Shown here in pieces: positions 9,439 through 18,273 of a DNA stretch of 64,000 nt. This DNA is from Blastocatellia bacterium (GTDB lineage Bacteria; Acidobacteriota; Blastocatellia; UBA7656): assembly GCA_963765495.1 (NCBI GenBank), contig CAVXWP010000001.1, forward strand, positions 462,628 through 526,627, given 5' to 3'. The stretch's first letter is position 1. Each line of letters opens with the position of its first letter. The notes beneath the pieces are model-generated. The model did no database searches, was not told where the DNA came from, and worked only from the letters and a program-made list of their open reading frames with translations. The position numbers were made by a program, and so were the translations under genes.

Positions 9439-10491
9439 TTACCGGTTTTTAATCCAAAGACATGAAGGTGGGGCGCGAGGTTGGATACTCTGACGCATCA
9501 TTTCAAGAATGCGCCGGTTTACCTGATCGTCGGCGATTGCCACACACGGGGCAATCGTAAAAACTGATATTTGAAGATTAAATTTATCGCAGGCAGGCCA
9601 GGCAAAAACCAGGACCCTCACCGGCTTCAGGCTGGGCAGAGTTTGAGGCTGTGGCGAGGGAGCGATTTCAGGCGCGCGATTGAGAGCGATAAAGGAAGAA
9701 GAAGCGGCTTGCTGTTTAGCTGAGATCTCCTCACGAGTTTCAGCCCATTCGGGATAAGCAGCGGCAAAGGGAGACCGCAGAGCGATTTCGCTAGCGGCCT
9801 GCGCTTCTGTGATGCGGCCGACTTCTGCAAGATCGACCGCAATCGCGTTATGGTAAACATAGAAATATAAAGGATGCTGCTTGCTGACCAGCTGCATAAG
9901 AGGCGAAAGGTTTTCGAGATAGGCTATTGCTCCAAGATGATCGCCCTCTATGCTCTGGTGAAGCACTATATCCAAATGGGCCATCAGTATAGGAAGCCAA
10001 TTTTGCCCATTTTTGGTTGATGCGATCTTTAGTGCTTCGAGATAACACCGCGATGACTCATCTACCTGACCTTGTTCGTAGTGTATTACTCCCAGCGATT
10101 GAATCGCTCGCGCCCTGTAGGCCAACGGCCCATTCTCTGCAACTTTTTCAAGCAGGAGTCGCGCTTCGCTTCTTTGCCCGCTCCGCTTGACGGCAAGAGC
10201 GTGATAGTACAAACCCGTCTGCCGCGCCGCTTCAATCGGCAGATTCATCAGCACCTGGCTTGCATTTTCAAGCGTTTCTAAATCACGCAGGCTGTAAGCA
10301 TGTTCAGCGAATCGGGTAAATTTATCAGCAGTTTCATTGAATAATTGATGTGAGTTAAAAGTGTGAGCCAGTCGGCTCAAAATGGCGTGTTGAAACAATC
10401 CACCCCGGCCAGCCAAGCTTTCCAGGCCGGCAAATCCCAATTTGGAGGAAGTATTCGTGAGAAAACGACTTGTATTTGCGGTTTTTTGCAT
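9439..10491 (-). CDS. Hypothetical helical/TPR-like protein (low-GC islet)
   Basis: A 350-aa ORF with helical-repeat character (LAYRARAIQSLGVIHYEQGQVDESSRCYLEALKIA). It has low GC and no catalytic motifs. The start is uncertain because it overlaps the divergent 10442 ORF. Confidence 0.45.
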   Translation of the reverse strand: MQKTANTSRFLTNTSSKLGFAGLESLAGRGGLFQHAILSRLAHTFNSHQLFNETADKFTRFAEHAYSLRDLETLENASQVLMNLPIEAARQTGLYYHALAVKRSGQRSEARLLLEKVAENGPLAYRARAIQSLGVIHYEQGQVDESSRCYLEALKIASTKNGQNWLPILMAHLDIVLHQSIEGDHLGAIAYLENLSPLMQLVSKQHPLYFYVYHNAIAVDLAEVGRITEAQAASEIALRSPFAAAYPEWAETREEISAKQQAASSSFIALNRAPEIAPSPQPQTLPSLKPVRVLVFAWPACDKFNLQISVFTIAPCVAIADDQVNRRILEMMRQSIQPRAPPSCLWIKNR

Positions 10492-10786
10492 CCTTGCTCT
10501 TCCGCTTCTGTTTTCGCCTTCTCAATTCGATAAACAGAACATCTCGACTCCATTCACCACTGTTGCATTAGCAGGCCACACCCTTGTTGGCGGCTACTGC
10601 GACTGTGGAACTATCGGTTGCATTTGTGGTCCAGGTGAAAATTCTACAAACATCAAAACGACTGATCTTTCCGACACAAATTCGGATGCGAGGTCCAGCA
10701 ATCAAACCAACACCGCTGGGGCCGATCTGGCATCAGGGATGCTGGCATTTGCTTCCGCTCTTCTCCTGTGGTTTAGAATGCGATAA
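10442..10786 (+). CDS. Small secreted Cys-rich protein with C-terminal hydrophobic+RMR tail
   Basis: A 114-aa protein with an N-terminal signal peptide (LVFAVFCILALPLLFS) and the motif GGYCDCGTIGCICGPGE. The C-terminus GMLAFASALLLWFRMR (TM helix plus basic tail) resembles a protein-sorting signal. A hairpin follows. Confidence 0.45.
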   Translation: MEEVFVRKRLVFAVFCILALPLLFSPSQFDKQNISTPFTTVALAGHTLVGGYCDCGTIGCICGPGENSTNIKTTDLSDTNSDARSSNQTNTAGADLASGMLAFASALLLWFRMR

Positions 10787-10832
10787 AACTCTCAGCATCT
10801 CAAGTCCGAATTGAATCAACACCGTTAGATTC

Positions 10833-10856
10833 GCCGCCCCGACAACTTTGGCGGCT
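10833..10856 (+). terminator. Weak hairpin downstream of the 114-aa ORF
   Basis: Stem gccgcc/ggcggc with an 11-nt loop. The T-tract is weak. Confidence 0.25.
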
Positions 10857-11223
10857 TAGGATGAGTGTGGCCTCGTGACCTGCGCATTGTATCATAAAAA
10901 TTCCAGGATGAAACGAATAATCTAGCTTACATATACAAAATATTGAAGACATTTGAATGAATGAATTGCATCGTAAATATTCGGTCATATTGCCATTTGC
11001 CGGACAGATTGGATGCCGAAATGGAGACTTTTGGGCACTCCACCTGACTGCGCGGCAAATCCAGGGACAAGGCATATTCTTGCCTGAATCAAGACGGTCG
11101 TCCGGGGGGCAATTCGGTGAGCCACTATAAAATGGATTCATTGCGACTGCCCCTATACTCTTGAAAAAGCTCTGCATTTGCGGTATAAGCAGTGGTTGCA
11201 AATCCCAGATCAAGTTCAGTTAT

Positions 11224-13041
11224 ATGCTTATGCGCAAAATTCAGCTTTTAATCATTACCCTCGCAATTTGCCTACCCTCCCTCACAATGCAAATACCCGT
11301 CTCTGCTTCAAAGCATAAGCGAAACCCTTCCGCTTATGCTCCCGGAGAAGTAATAGTCAAGCTCAAGCAAGGAATCGATTCCTTCACCTTGGCCGATAAG
11401 GAGCGGCACAATCGAGCGCTCGCCCGCTCGATTGGAGAGACAAACGGGAGGCTGCGGGATGAAGATATTGTGCCGATGGCCGTCCGTCCGAATCAAGATG
11501 CGAATCGAGATGCGAATCGAGATGCGAATCTTGATCGGATAGACGAGATCATATCGCGGCGCGGGCTGGATCGCACCTTTGTACTGCATTTTGATCGGAA
11601 CGCCGATATTGATTCAATAATCGAGCGGCTTCGCGCCGATGACCGCGTAGAGTACGCAACGCCGAATTACCGTGTAACTCCGGGCTCGCTGCGACCGGAT
11701 GACCCCGCCTTTATAAGGCAATGGGCGCTTTTGAACCTCGGTGCATTCGATAATCGAATCACAAAGGCTCAGGCTGATATCAAGGCGCTTGAGGCGTGGG
11801 ACATAACTACGGGTAACCCCGATCTTATAGTGGCCATTAGCGACTCGGGCGTCGACATAGATCATCCTGATCTCGCGCCGAACATTTATACCAATCCCAA
11901 AGAAATCCCCGGCAACGGAATAGATGACGACAATAATGGATATATTGATGACGTGCATGGCGCAAATGTGGTGACTCGCGACGGCGATGTCAGGGATGTA
12001 TATGGCCACGGGACGTTCATGGCCGGCATAATTGCCGCGCGTATGAATAATAATGTCGGCATAAGCGGCGTTGCGCAGATAAAGATATTGCCGGTCAATT
12101 TTTTCACTACAGAGGATGACGGATTCCCTGTGGCGACTATGGCTGATGCGGCGCGCTCGCTGCTCTATTCGATAGCCGCCGGAGCCTCGATCATCAATGC
12201 AAGCTGGAGCTCGGAACTCTACACGGCAGGCGAAGAAGCGGTGCCGCCGGAAGACGCTCAGGCGCTAAAGGATGCGGTCCTTGCAACCAATGATGCGGGA
12301 GTGCTGCTTGTGTGCATAGCAGGCAATAAAGGTTACGATAACGACAAGAGCCTGCTTTACCCGGGCGCTTACAAGCTGCCTAATCAAATAGTTGTGGCCG
12401 CCACAGACTACAACGACAAGATATGGGCAGACTACTTCGGAAACTTCCTTATAACAGGCTTCGGCCAGACGAGCGTGCATCTGGCTGCGCCCGGTGTTTC
12501 GATACTCACAACCTCGGCACGCGGATCGTGTCTGCTCTGTTCGCTTTCGGATGACCCTGACGACTGGTACGCGCTCGTAGACGGAACATCTGCCTCCGCC
12601 GCATTCGTAACGGGTGTCGCGGCGCTGGTAAAATCGAAGTACCCCGAAGACCTCGCACCCGTCATAAAGAGCCGGATACTCGGCGGTGTTGATCAACTCG
12701 ACACTCTCTATGACCGCGAAGGACACCCCTACGTAGCAACCGCAGGCCGTCTGAACGCATTCGGCGCGCTGATGTTTCAGCCCGCAATAACGCCGCCCGT
12801 GCTTACCCGCGTGAAGTACAAAAAGGGATCAGGAAAGCTGCTCTTATATGGAGAGGCTCTACAGGAAGGCGTCGTTGCCGTTGTAGGAAACATCGTCTAT
12901 CCGATAAAGCCTAAGAGCCCTGACCTGTCGGTCGTGCTGGCTCGCGTGCCAAACGATAAATTTCCTGTGGGGGTCCCGGTTTCGATCACTCTGCGCAATC
13001 CTGACGGCGGAATCAGCCAGATCGTGACCTTTACGCGCTGA
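11224..13041 (+). CDS. Secreted subtilisin-like serine peptidase (S8 family)
   Basis: Signal peptide, then the catalytic triad contexts AISDSGVDIDHPD (Asp), GHGTFMAGIIAA (His) and GTSASAAFVTGVAAL (Ser). An in-frame DANR x4 tandem repeat (11483-11530) lies in the propeptide region. Confidence 0.85.
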   Translation: MLMRKIQLLIITLAICLPSLTMQIPVSASKHKRNPSAYAPGEVIVKLKQGIDSFTLADKERHNRALARSIGETNGRLRDEDIVPMAVRPNQDANRDANRDANLDRIDEIISRRGLDRTFVLHFDRNADIDSIIERLRADDRVEYATPNYRVTPGSLRPDDPAFIRQWALLNLGAFDNRITKAQADIKALEAWDITTGNPDLIVAISDSGVDIDHPDLAPNIYTNPKEIPGNGIDDDNNGYIDDVHGANVVTRDGDVRDVYGHGTFMAGIIAARMNNNVGISGVAQIKILPVNFFTTEDDGFPVATMADAARSLLYSIAAGASIINASWSSELYTAGEEAVPPEDAQALKDAVLATNDAGVLLVCIAGNKGYDNDKSLLYPGAYKLPNQIVVAATDYNDKIWADYFGNFLITGFGQTSVHLAAPGVSILTTSARGSCLLCSLSDDPDDWYALVDGTSASAAFVTGVAALVKSKYPEDLAPVIKSRILGGVDQLDTLYDREGHPYVATAGRLNAFGALMFQPAITPPVLTRVKYKKGSGKLLLYGEALQEGVVAVVGNIVYPIKPKSPDLSVVLARVPNDKFPVGVPVSITLRNPDGGISQIVTFTR

Positions 13042-13158
13042 GTCGCTTGCGGGCCGGTTCTTATTGGGAGATAATGACCCGATTCGGGAGCGTCCGCTGT
13101 TTTTGTTGGCTCGTCATAACCCGATACTTGTTCATTTCTGGAATATTTTCAACCGAGG

Positions 13159-15234
13159 ATGACCGATATCAGACAGACACTTTCACTGGAGCGTAAGCTG
13201 AGAATGTACGAGGCTCGTGAGGCGATTTTGAGCCGCGTCGGGTCGGAAACTTATTCCGTTATTGATCTGGACCACTTCCTGCAAGGGACCGTAACCGAAG
13301 TCGGAAAGATGATGGAGGTGGACCGCTGCAACGTCATGACGCTTACGGCCGAAGGCCGCCTTCGCATTACCCACGAATATCGCGCGGAGGCCGACGATAT
13401 TCCTCTGCCTTCCTCAATCGATCTTGAAGTGCCGTTTGATTTGAACCGCCTGCAGGAAAACATGGACATCTATAATCCGCAGGTGGTCGAAGACACCTCT
13501 TCGGGCGAATTGCCTCACGTAATACATATGCTGGCCGAGCAACTCGGAAGCAAGTCAATACTGATCGTGCCGATCATGTCAAACTGGGAGTTGCTCGGCA
13601 TGATAGGTCTGCATCACTGCCGCCGCAATTATCACTGGAACGAAGACGAAATAGACTTTACGCGCAGTCTGGCGCAGCAGGTAGCCATAGGCTATCGCTA
13701 CACTCATATCTACAGCGAAAAGGAGAAAGAGGCGCGGATAAACAAGGCGCTTCTCGAAATCGCAAACGACATAAATACGGGGTCGGATTCTTCCGAGCTT
13801 ACGGCGCGCATTCTCGACCGCTCTCTGGATTTGCTCCGGCTCCAGGCGGCCTGTCTTGCCATACTCGACGCAAACAGCAGCGACATACACTTCACAAACC
13901 TGCGTACGGCCCCGGGCGTCAGCACCCAGATACTCAAGCAGCCGTCGCTTAAGATTCCCATCCAGGTGATGCTGCCAAAGACCATCGAGCACGGGCAGAT
14001 GCTCAGGATACTCAGCCCGGACCAGAACGATTACACGCGGGTCTTTTTGACGGAGGTCGTCGCTTCGGGCGCGGCCATAATCGCCCCGATAATAATAGAC
14101 GACCGTGTTTTCGGCGCGCTCATACTGCTTTGGGAACAGCCCAAAACCCATTTCACACGCGACGAAACGGCGCTCGCCCTGGGGATAGCCGACCAGCTTG
14201 CCATAGCGCTTTCAAAGGCCAGTCTGTCTGCCGAGGTTCTGAGGCTGCGGCGCGAGCTTGAACACGTCCACACAGGCCACGATGCCGGTTTTATCGGCAA
14301 AAGCGATAACGTAGTCCGATGCGTGGAGATGGCGCTTTACGTGGCCGATAGTTCGACAACCGTCCTGCTTCAGGGTGAGTCGGGAACCGGCAAAGAATTG
14401 CTGGCCGATTTTATTCAGTCGCGCTCCTCGCGCGCCGATAAGCCTTACATACGAATCAACTGCGGGGCCATCCCTGAAAACCTGCTGGAAAGCGAACTGT
14501 TCGGACACGAGAAGGGCGCCTTCACCGATGCGCGCAATCGTAGGATAGGCAAGTTCGAAGAGGCAAACAACGGCACCCTCTTTCTAGATGAAGTCGGAGA
14601 GATGACATTGTCGGCGCAGGTCCGGCTGCTTCGCGTGCTGCAAAACGGAGAGATAGCCCGCGTGGGCGGCAACGAGATTATTAAAACCGATGTTCGCGTG
14701 ATAGCCGCTTCCAATATCAACCTCGAACGCGCGGTCAGCGAAGGCCGCTTCCGCCGCGATCTCTTCTATCGCCTCAACGTCTACCCGATTTCGCTTCCGC
14801 CGCTCAGGGAGCGGCGCGAAGATATACCGCTACTTGCGCTTCATTTTCTTGAAATCTATAAGAAACGCTCCAACAAAAACATCACCGGCCTCACTGAAAA
14901 AGTGCTCGCCCGATTGCGCCGCTATGATTGGCCCGGCAATGTGCGCGAACTTGAGAACGCCATCGAGCGCGCCGTGATAATCGCTCAGGGGCAGCTTATT
15001 ACCGTAGACGATCTGCCCGATGCAGTGCGCGGTGCCGAGAGCGAAGCCGACGCCCCTCGCACGCTCGAAGTGGAGATCGGAAACTCGATAAGCGAGATTG
15101 AAAAGCGCGTGATAATGGAGACACTCAGTCACACTCGCGGCGACAAATCGCGCGCCGCTCAGATACTGGGCATAGGACGAAAAACGCTCTATCGCAAACT
15201 TCAACAATACGATCAGGACACCAATCGAAAATAA
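13159..15234 (+). CDS. Sigma-54-dependent transcriptional activator with N-terminal GAF domains
   Basis: Two GAF-like regions, Walker A GESGTGKE, GAFTDA (a GAFTGA variant), ELFGHEKGAFT, and a C-terminal Fis-type HTH (RAAQILGIGRKTLYRKL). Confidence 0.85.
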   Translation: MTDIRQTLSLERKLRMYEAREAILSRVGSETYSVIDLDHFLQGTVTEVGKMMEVDRCNVMTLTAEGRLRITHEYRAEADDIPLPSSIDLEVPFDLNRLQENMDIYNPQVVEDTSSGELPHVIHMLAEQLGSKSILIVPIMSNWELLGMIGLHHCRRNYHWNEDEIDFTRSLAQQVAIGYRYTHIYSEKEKEARINKALLEIANDINTGSDSSELTARILDRSLDLLRLQAACLAILDANSSDIHFTNLRTAPGVSTQILKQPSLKIPIQVMLPKTIEHGQMLRILSPDQNDYTRVFLTEVVASGAAIIAPIIIDDRVFGALILLWEQPKTHFTRDETALALGIADQLAIALSKASLSAEVLRLRRELEHVHTGHDAGFIGKSDNVVRCVEMALYVADSSTTVLLQGESGTGKELLADFIQSRSSRADKPYIRINCGAIPENLLESELFGHEKGAFTDARNRRIGKFEEANNGTLFLDEVGEMTLSAQVRLLRVLQNGEIARVGGNEIIKTDVRVIAASNINLERAVSEGRFRRDLFYRLNVYPISLPPLRERREDIPLLALHFLEIYKKRSNKNITGLTEKVLARLRRYDWPGNVRELENAIERAVIIAQGQLITVDDLPDAVRGAESEADAPRTLEVEIGNSISEIEKRVIMETLSHTRGDKSRAAQILGIGRKTLYRKLQQYDQDTNRK

Positions 15235-15257
15235 CTTTCTAAAGCGAGGTATACCCG

Positions 15258-16001
15258 ATGAAAAGAGTCTCGAATTTCAGTATGGTTTTAATTCTCTTTG
15301 TTGCTGCTCTCTCTTTTGGGCTCGATACGGTAAAAGCGCAGGAGGGGGCAAAGATCGCTGGCAGCTGGGATTTCACAGTGGAATCACCGCAGGGCACTTT
15401 TCCCTCGCTGCTAGTAATAACGCAGGAAGGCGATAAGCTCACGGGCGCGATGAAAAGCACGCGCGGCGAGCGCGCCCTCGACAAAGTCGCTATAAACGGC
15501 GACGATGTAACTCTTGCAATCACGATCCAGTTTCAGGGATCGGATATGGTAATCACATACACGGGCAAGCTGGACGGCGATTCGATGAAGGGCGAAGCCG
15601 ATTTCGGCGGGCTCGCAACGGGCGACTGGTCGGCCGTGCGCCACAAGGGAGATATGGCCGCCTCCGCTTCTGCGCCTGCTACAGGCGCGACCAGCGCCGC
15701 TGCCAATATCAGCGGCGTGTGGGCCTTTACCGTCCAGACTCAGATGGGAACCGGCACGCCTACCTTCACCTTCGAGCAGAAAGGCGAAGAGTTGACCGGC
15801 AAATACAGCGGCCAGTTGGGAGAAGCCCCGCTCAAGGGAATGATAAAGGGGACGGACGTAAACTTTTCAATCAAGGTAAATGTTCAGGGTGAAAACCTTG
15901 AAGTTACCTACACTGGAAAGGTCGAAGGCTCGGATCAGATGAAGGGGACCGCCAAATTTGGTGGGCTCGGAGAAGGCACCTGGACGGCTAAAAGAAAATA
16001 A
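15258..16001 (+). CDS. Secreted protein with two tandem ~95-aa beta-rich repeats
   Basis: Signal peptide plus an internal duplication (GSWDFTVESPQGTFP...VITYTGKLDGDSMKGEADFGGLATGDWSAV and GVWAFTVQTQMGTGTP...VTYTGKVEGSDQMKGTAKFGGLGEGTWTA). Confidence 0.6.
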   Translation: MKRVSNFSMVLILFVAALSFGLDTVKAQEGAKIAGSWDFTVESPQGTFPSLLVITQEGDKLTGAMKSTRGERALDKVAINGDDVTLAITIQFQGSDMVITYTGKLDGDSMKGEADFGGLATGDWSAVRHKGDMAASASAPATGATSAAANISGVWAFTVQTQMGTGTPTFTFEQKGEELTGKYSGQLGEAPLKGMIKGTDVNFSIKVNVQGENLEVTYTGKVEGSDQMKGTAKFGGLGEGTWTAKRK

Positions 16002-16320
16002 TAGGTTTTGCCCCATCCGCCTCAGATAGTTATTTGCGATTGGCATCAGGCCGAATCATATTTGTTCAGAAATGAAATATACATGCCACAGAGAGACAAA
16101 GGCGCAGAGTTTTTATAAGACGGTTTCTATGCCTGCCGCGCCTCTGTGGTCGTTCTGAACTCATAGGCCGAATTTTCTATTTACTCAGGCTATTCACCGA
16201 TATTTGCGGAAGCGGCCCTTTCCGTAAACCGGCGGGATAGCTTCTTTCATAATCAGGCCGAAACCGGCTATCTTCCAGCCCGCTGCCGCGCATCTTGCGG
16301 GTTGCCTGTAGAGGTGTCAC

Positions 16321-18171
16321 ATGAAACCTGAACAATACTCCTCGAATGGAAACTCGTCTCAATCTGAGAAACAGACGGCTATCCATCCAGAAGCGAGCAC
16401 TGTTTCGCCTCCCGACGGCGGTAAATTGATCGTTTTGACTGCGCCGCTTACCGAGACCATCGATCACGCGGGCTATTTTATCCAGATGGGTATGGCAAGC
16501 ATGCCTATCTGGATGGAGGGCGTCATTGATCGCAAGTATCCGCGCTGGCGCGAAGTCGAATATAACGAAGACGGCTCGGCGCGTTATATGCCCGCAGGCG
16601 TGCGGCTCGTGGAAAAATCCCTGCTGCGCGAATACGACCCGCAAGACATAGCCGCCTGCTACCCGGATGACCTCGAAAAGTTCGTAGGCCCGAATACCCG
16701 CGTAGTAGCCGTTTCGACTCACAATCCGCTAGGTGTAACCTTTGCCGCAGGCGTCTATACCTCGATCTTCGGCACCTCAAAGATGCCGATCAACTCGCAT
16801 TATTCGCGCCTGATGTTTGAGAAGATCAAGACTAATCCCTTCCGCAATAACTTCAAGGTGATAGTGGGAGGATCGGGGGGATGGCAGATCACACAGACCG
16901 ATACCTTCGAAGAACTGGGCGTGGATTGCGTGGTCGAAGGCCGTAGCGAATCGAGCGAAACTATGGACCTGTTTCGCCGGGCCATCGAGGGGGATGACCT
17001 CCCCAGACAGGTGGATGTGAAGCACCCTAATTCGCGTGATCAGATATTGTTCCCCGATAAGCGGACTACCTTTGGCGTGGTAGAGATGACGACCGGATGC
17101 GGGAGGCGCTGCCAGTTCTGTGTGCCCGATTTGAATCCGCAGATAGACCTGCCAAAAGACAAGATCATGAACGCGGTTCGCGCCAACGTCCGCGAGGGCA
17201 ACAAGCAGATATCGCTCGCCACCGAGGACATGTTTATCTGGGGACAGGTGCACACCGACACACCTTTTTATTTCCCGAACCGCGAGGCGCTCCTTGACCT
17301 CTACTCCGAAATCGTAAACACCCCCGGCGTCGAACAGCACGTCCTGAGCCATTGCACCATTGCGCCGGCGGTCGTTGATCCCATTCTTATCAAGAAACTC
17401 TCGGAGATACTGCTCCCGCAAAGCCCTTTGCATTATCCTCGCTTGAGCACGCACCCCAAGCACAAGGCGCTCACCCCGCTGATCGGGCTTGAGACCGGCT
17501 CCGTCAGCATGGCAAAGCAGATTATGCCGAGCAAGGGAGTGCCGTTTTCAATCGAAGACTGGCCCAGCGTGGTGATTCAGGGCCTTAAGGTGTTAAACGA
17601 GAACAACTGGTTCCCGGCCATGACGCTCATAGTCGGGAATCCCGGCGAGACAGACGAGGATGTAAAGGCCACACTCGATCTTATTTACGAGGTGGAGCGG
17701 CGAGGGTTATTTGCCTTCTTTATCCCTTCGATCTTCACTCCGCTGCACGACACGCGCATGGAGAAGAAGAAAGGCGTGACCGAAACACAACAGCTCACGC
17801 CTCTGCAATGGCAACTGATGATGAAGTGCTGGAAGATGAATCTGCGGCCCGGCCAGTATAGCTGGTGGGGACCGACCGCCTGGCGCGTAGGTTCTATTGT
17901 GTTGTGGCTCTACAAACTGAGGCGGCTCAACGGGCCAAACTTTACCTGGCCCCTGTGGTTATTCTCGGGAGCCATTCCTGAAAAAATGCTCGCGCGCATG
18001 GGCAAGATTTACGAGGGGCAACCCATAAAGATCAAGACCCGCAAAGAACTGATCGCCACGATGAAACCTCATCAATTGCAATACCTGCGCGCCGACAACG
18101 GAGACCTGCCCGAAGGCTTCACGGCTCCGCCGCCGCTGAGGGCCGGGCACGCCCTCAGAGTCCTTTCGTAA
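16321..18171 (+). CDS. B12-binding-domain-like radical SAM protein
   Basis: Radical SAM cluster motif TGCGRRCQFC (CxxxCxxC), preceded by a Rossmann-like N-domain. 616 aa; substrate unknown. Confidence 0.6.
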   Translation: MKPEQYSSNGNSSQSEKQTAIHPEASTVSPPDGGKLIVLTAPLTETIDHAGYFIQMGMASMPIWMEGVIDRKYPRWREVEYNEDGSARYMPAGVRLVEKSLLREYDPQDIAACYPDDLEKFVGPNTRVVAVSTHNPLGVTFAAGVYTSIFGTSKMPINSHYSRLMFEKIKTNPFRNNFKVIVGGSGGWQITQTDTFEELGVDCVVEGRSESSETMDLFRRAIEGDDLPRQVDVKHPNSRDQILFPDKRTTFGVVEMTTGCGRRCQFCVPDLNPQIDLPKDKIMNAVRANVREGNKQISLATEDMFIWGQVHTDTPFYFPNREALLDLYSEIVNTPGVEQHVLSHCTIAPAVVDPILIKKLSEILLPQSPLHYPRLSTHPKHKALTPLIGLETGSVSMAKQIMPSKGVPFSIEDWPSVVIQGLKVLNENNWFPAMTLIVGNPGETDEDVKATLDLIYEVERRGLFAFFIPSIFTPLHDTRMEKKKGVTETQQLTPLQWQLMMKCWKMNLRPGQYSWWGPTAWRVGSIVLWLYKLRRLNGPNFTWPLWLFSGAIPEKMLARMGKIYEGQPIKIKTRKELIATMKPHQLQYLRADNGDLPEGFTAPPPLRAGHALRVLS

Positions 18172-18176
18172 AACGT

Positions 18177-18256
18177 TGACAGGATTTACAGGATTTCCGA
18201 AGGATTTACAGAATTAGAAATCTTGTTAAATCCTCCCGAATCCTGTAAATCCTGTC
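18177..18256. repeat. Palindromic intergenic repeat, family B copy (GACAGGATT...AATCCTGTC)
   Basis: Near-perfect inverted repeat ttgacaggatttacaggatt...aatcctgtaaatcctgtcaa between convergent genes. It is related to copies at 23570, 34250 and 8788. Confidence 0.8.
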
Positions 18257-18273
18257 AAAAATCCGAACCTTTA

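Noticed and set aside
10442-13041. Calling the Cys-rich peptide plus subtilase a RiPP biosynthetic cluster
   Set aside because: No modification enzyme such as a lanthionine synthetase, cyclodehydratase or radical SAM is adjacent. The radical SAM gene at 16321 is separated by an unrelated regulator gene.
16002-16320. Cobalamin riboswitch upstream of the B12-type radical SAM gene
   Set aside because: I could not find a B12-box-like consensus by eye. Only generic inverted repeats are present, so it is left as an open check rather than a feature.
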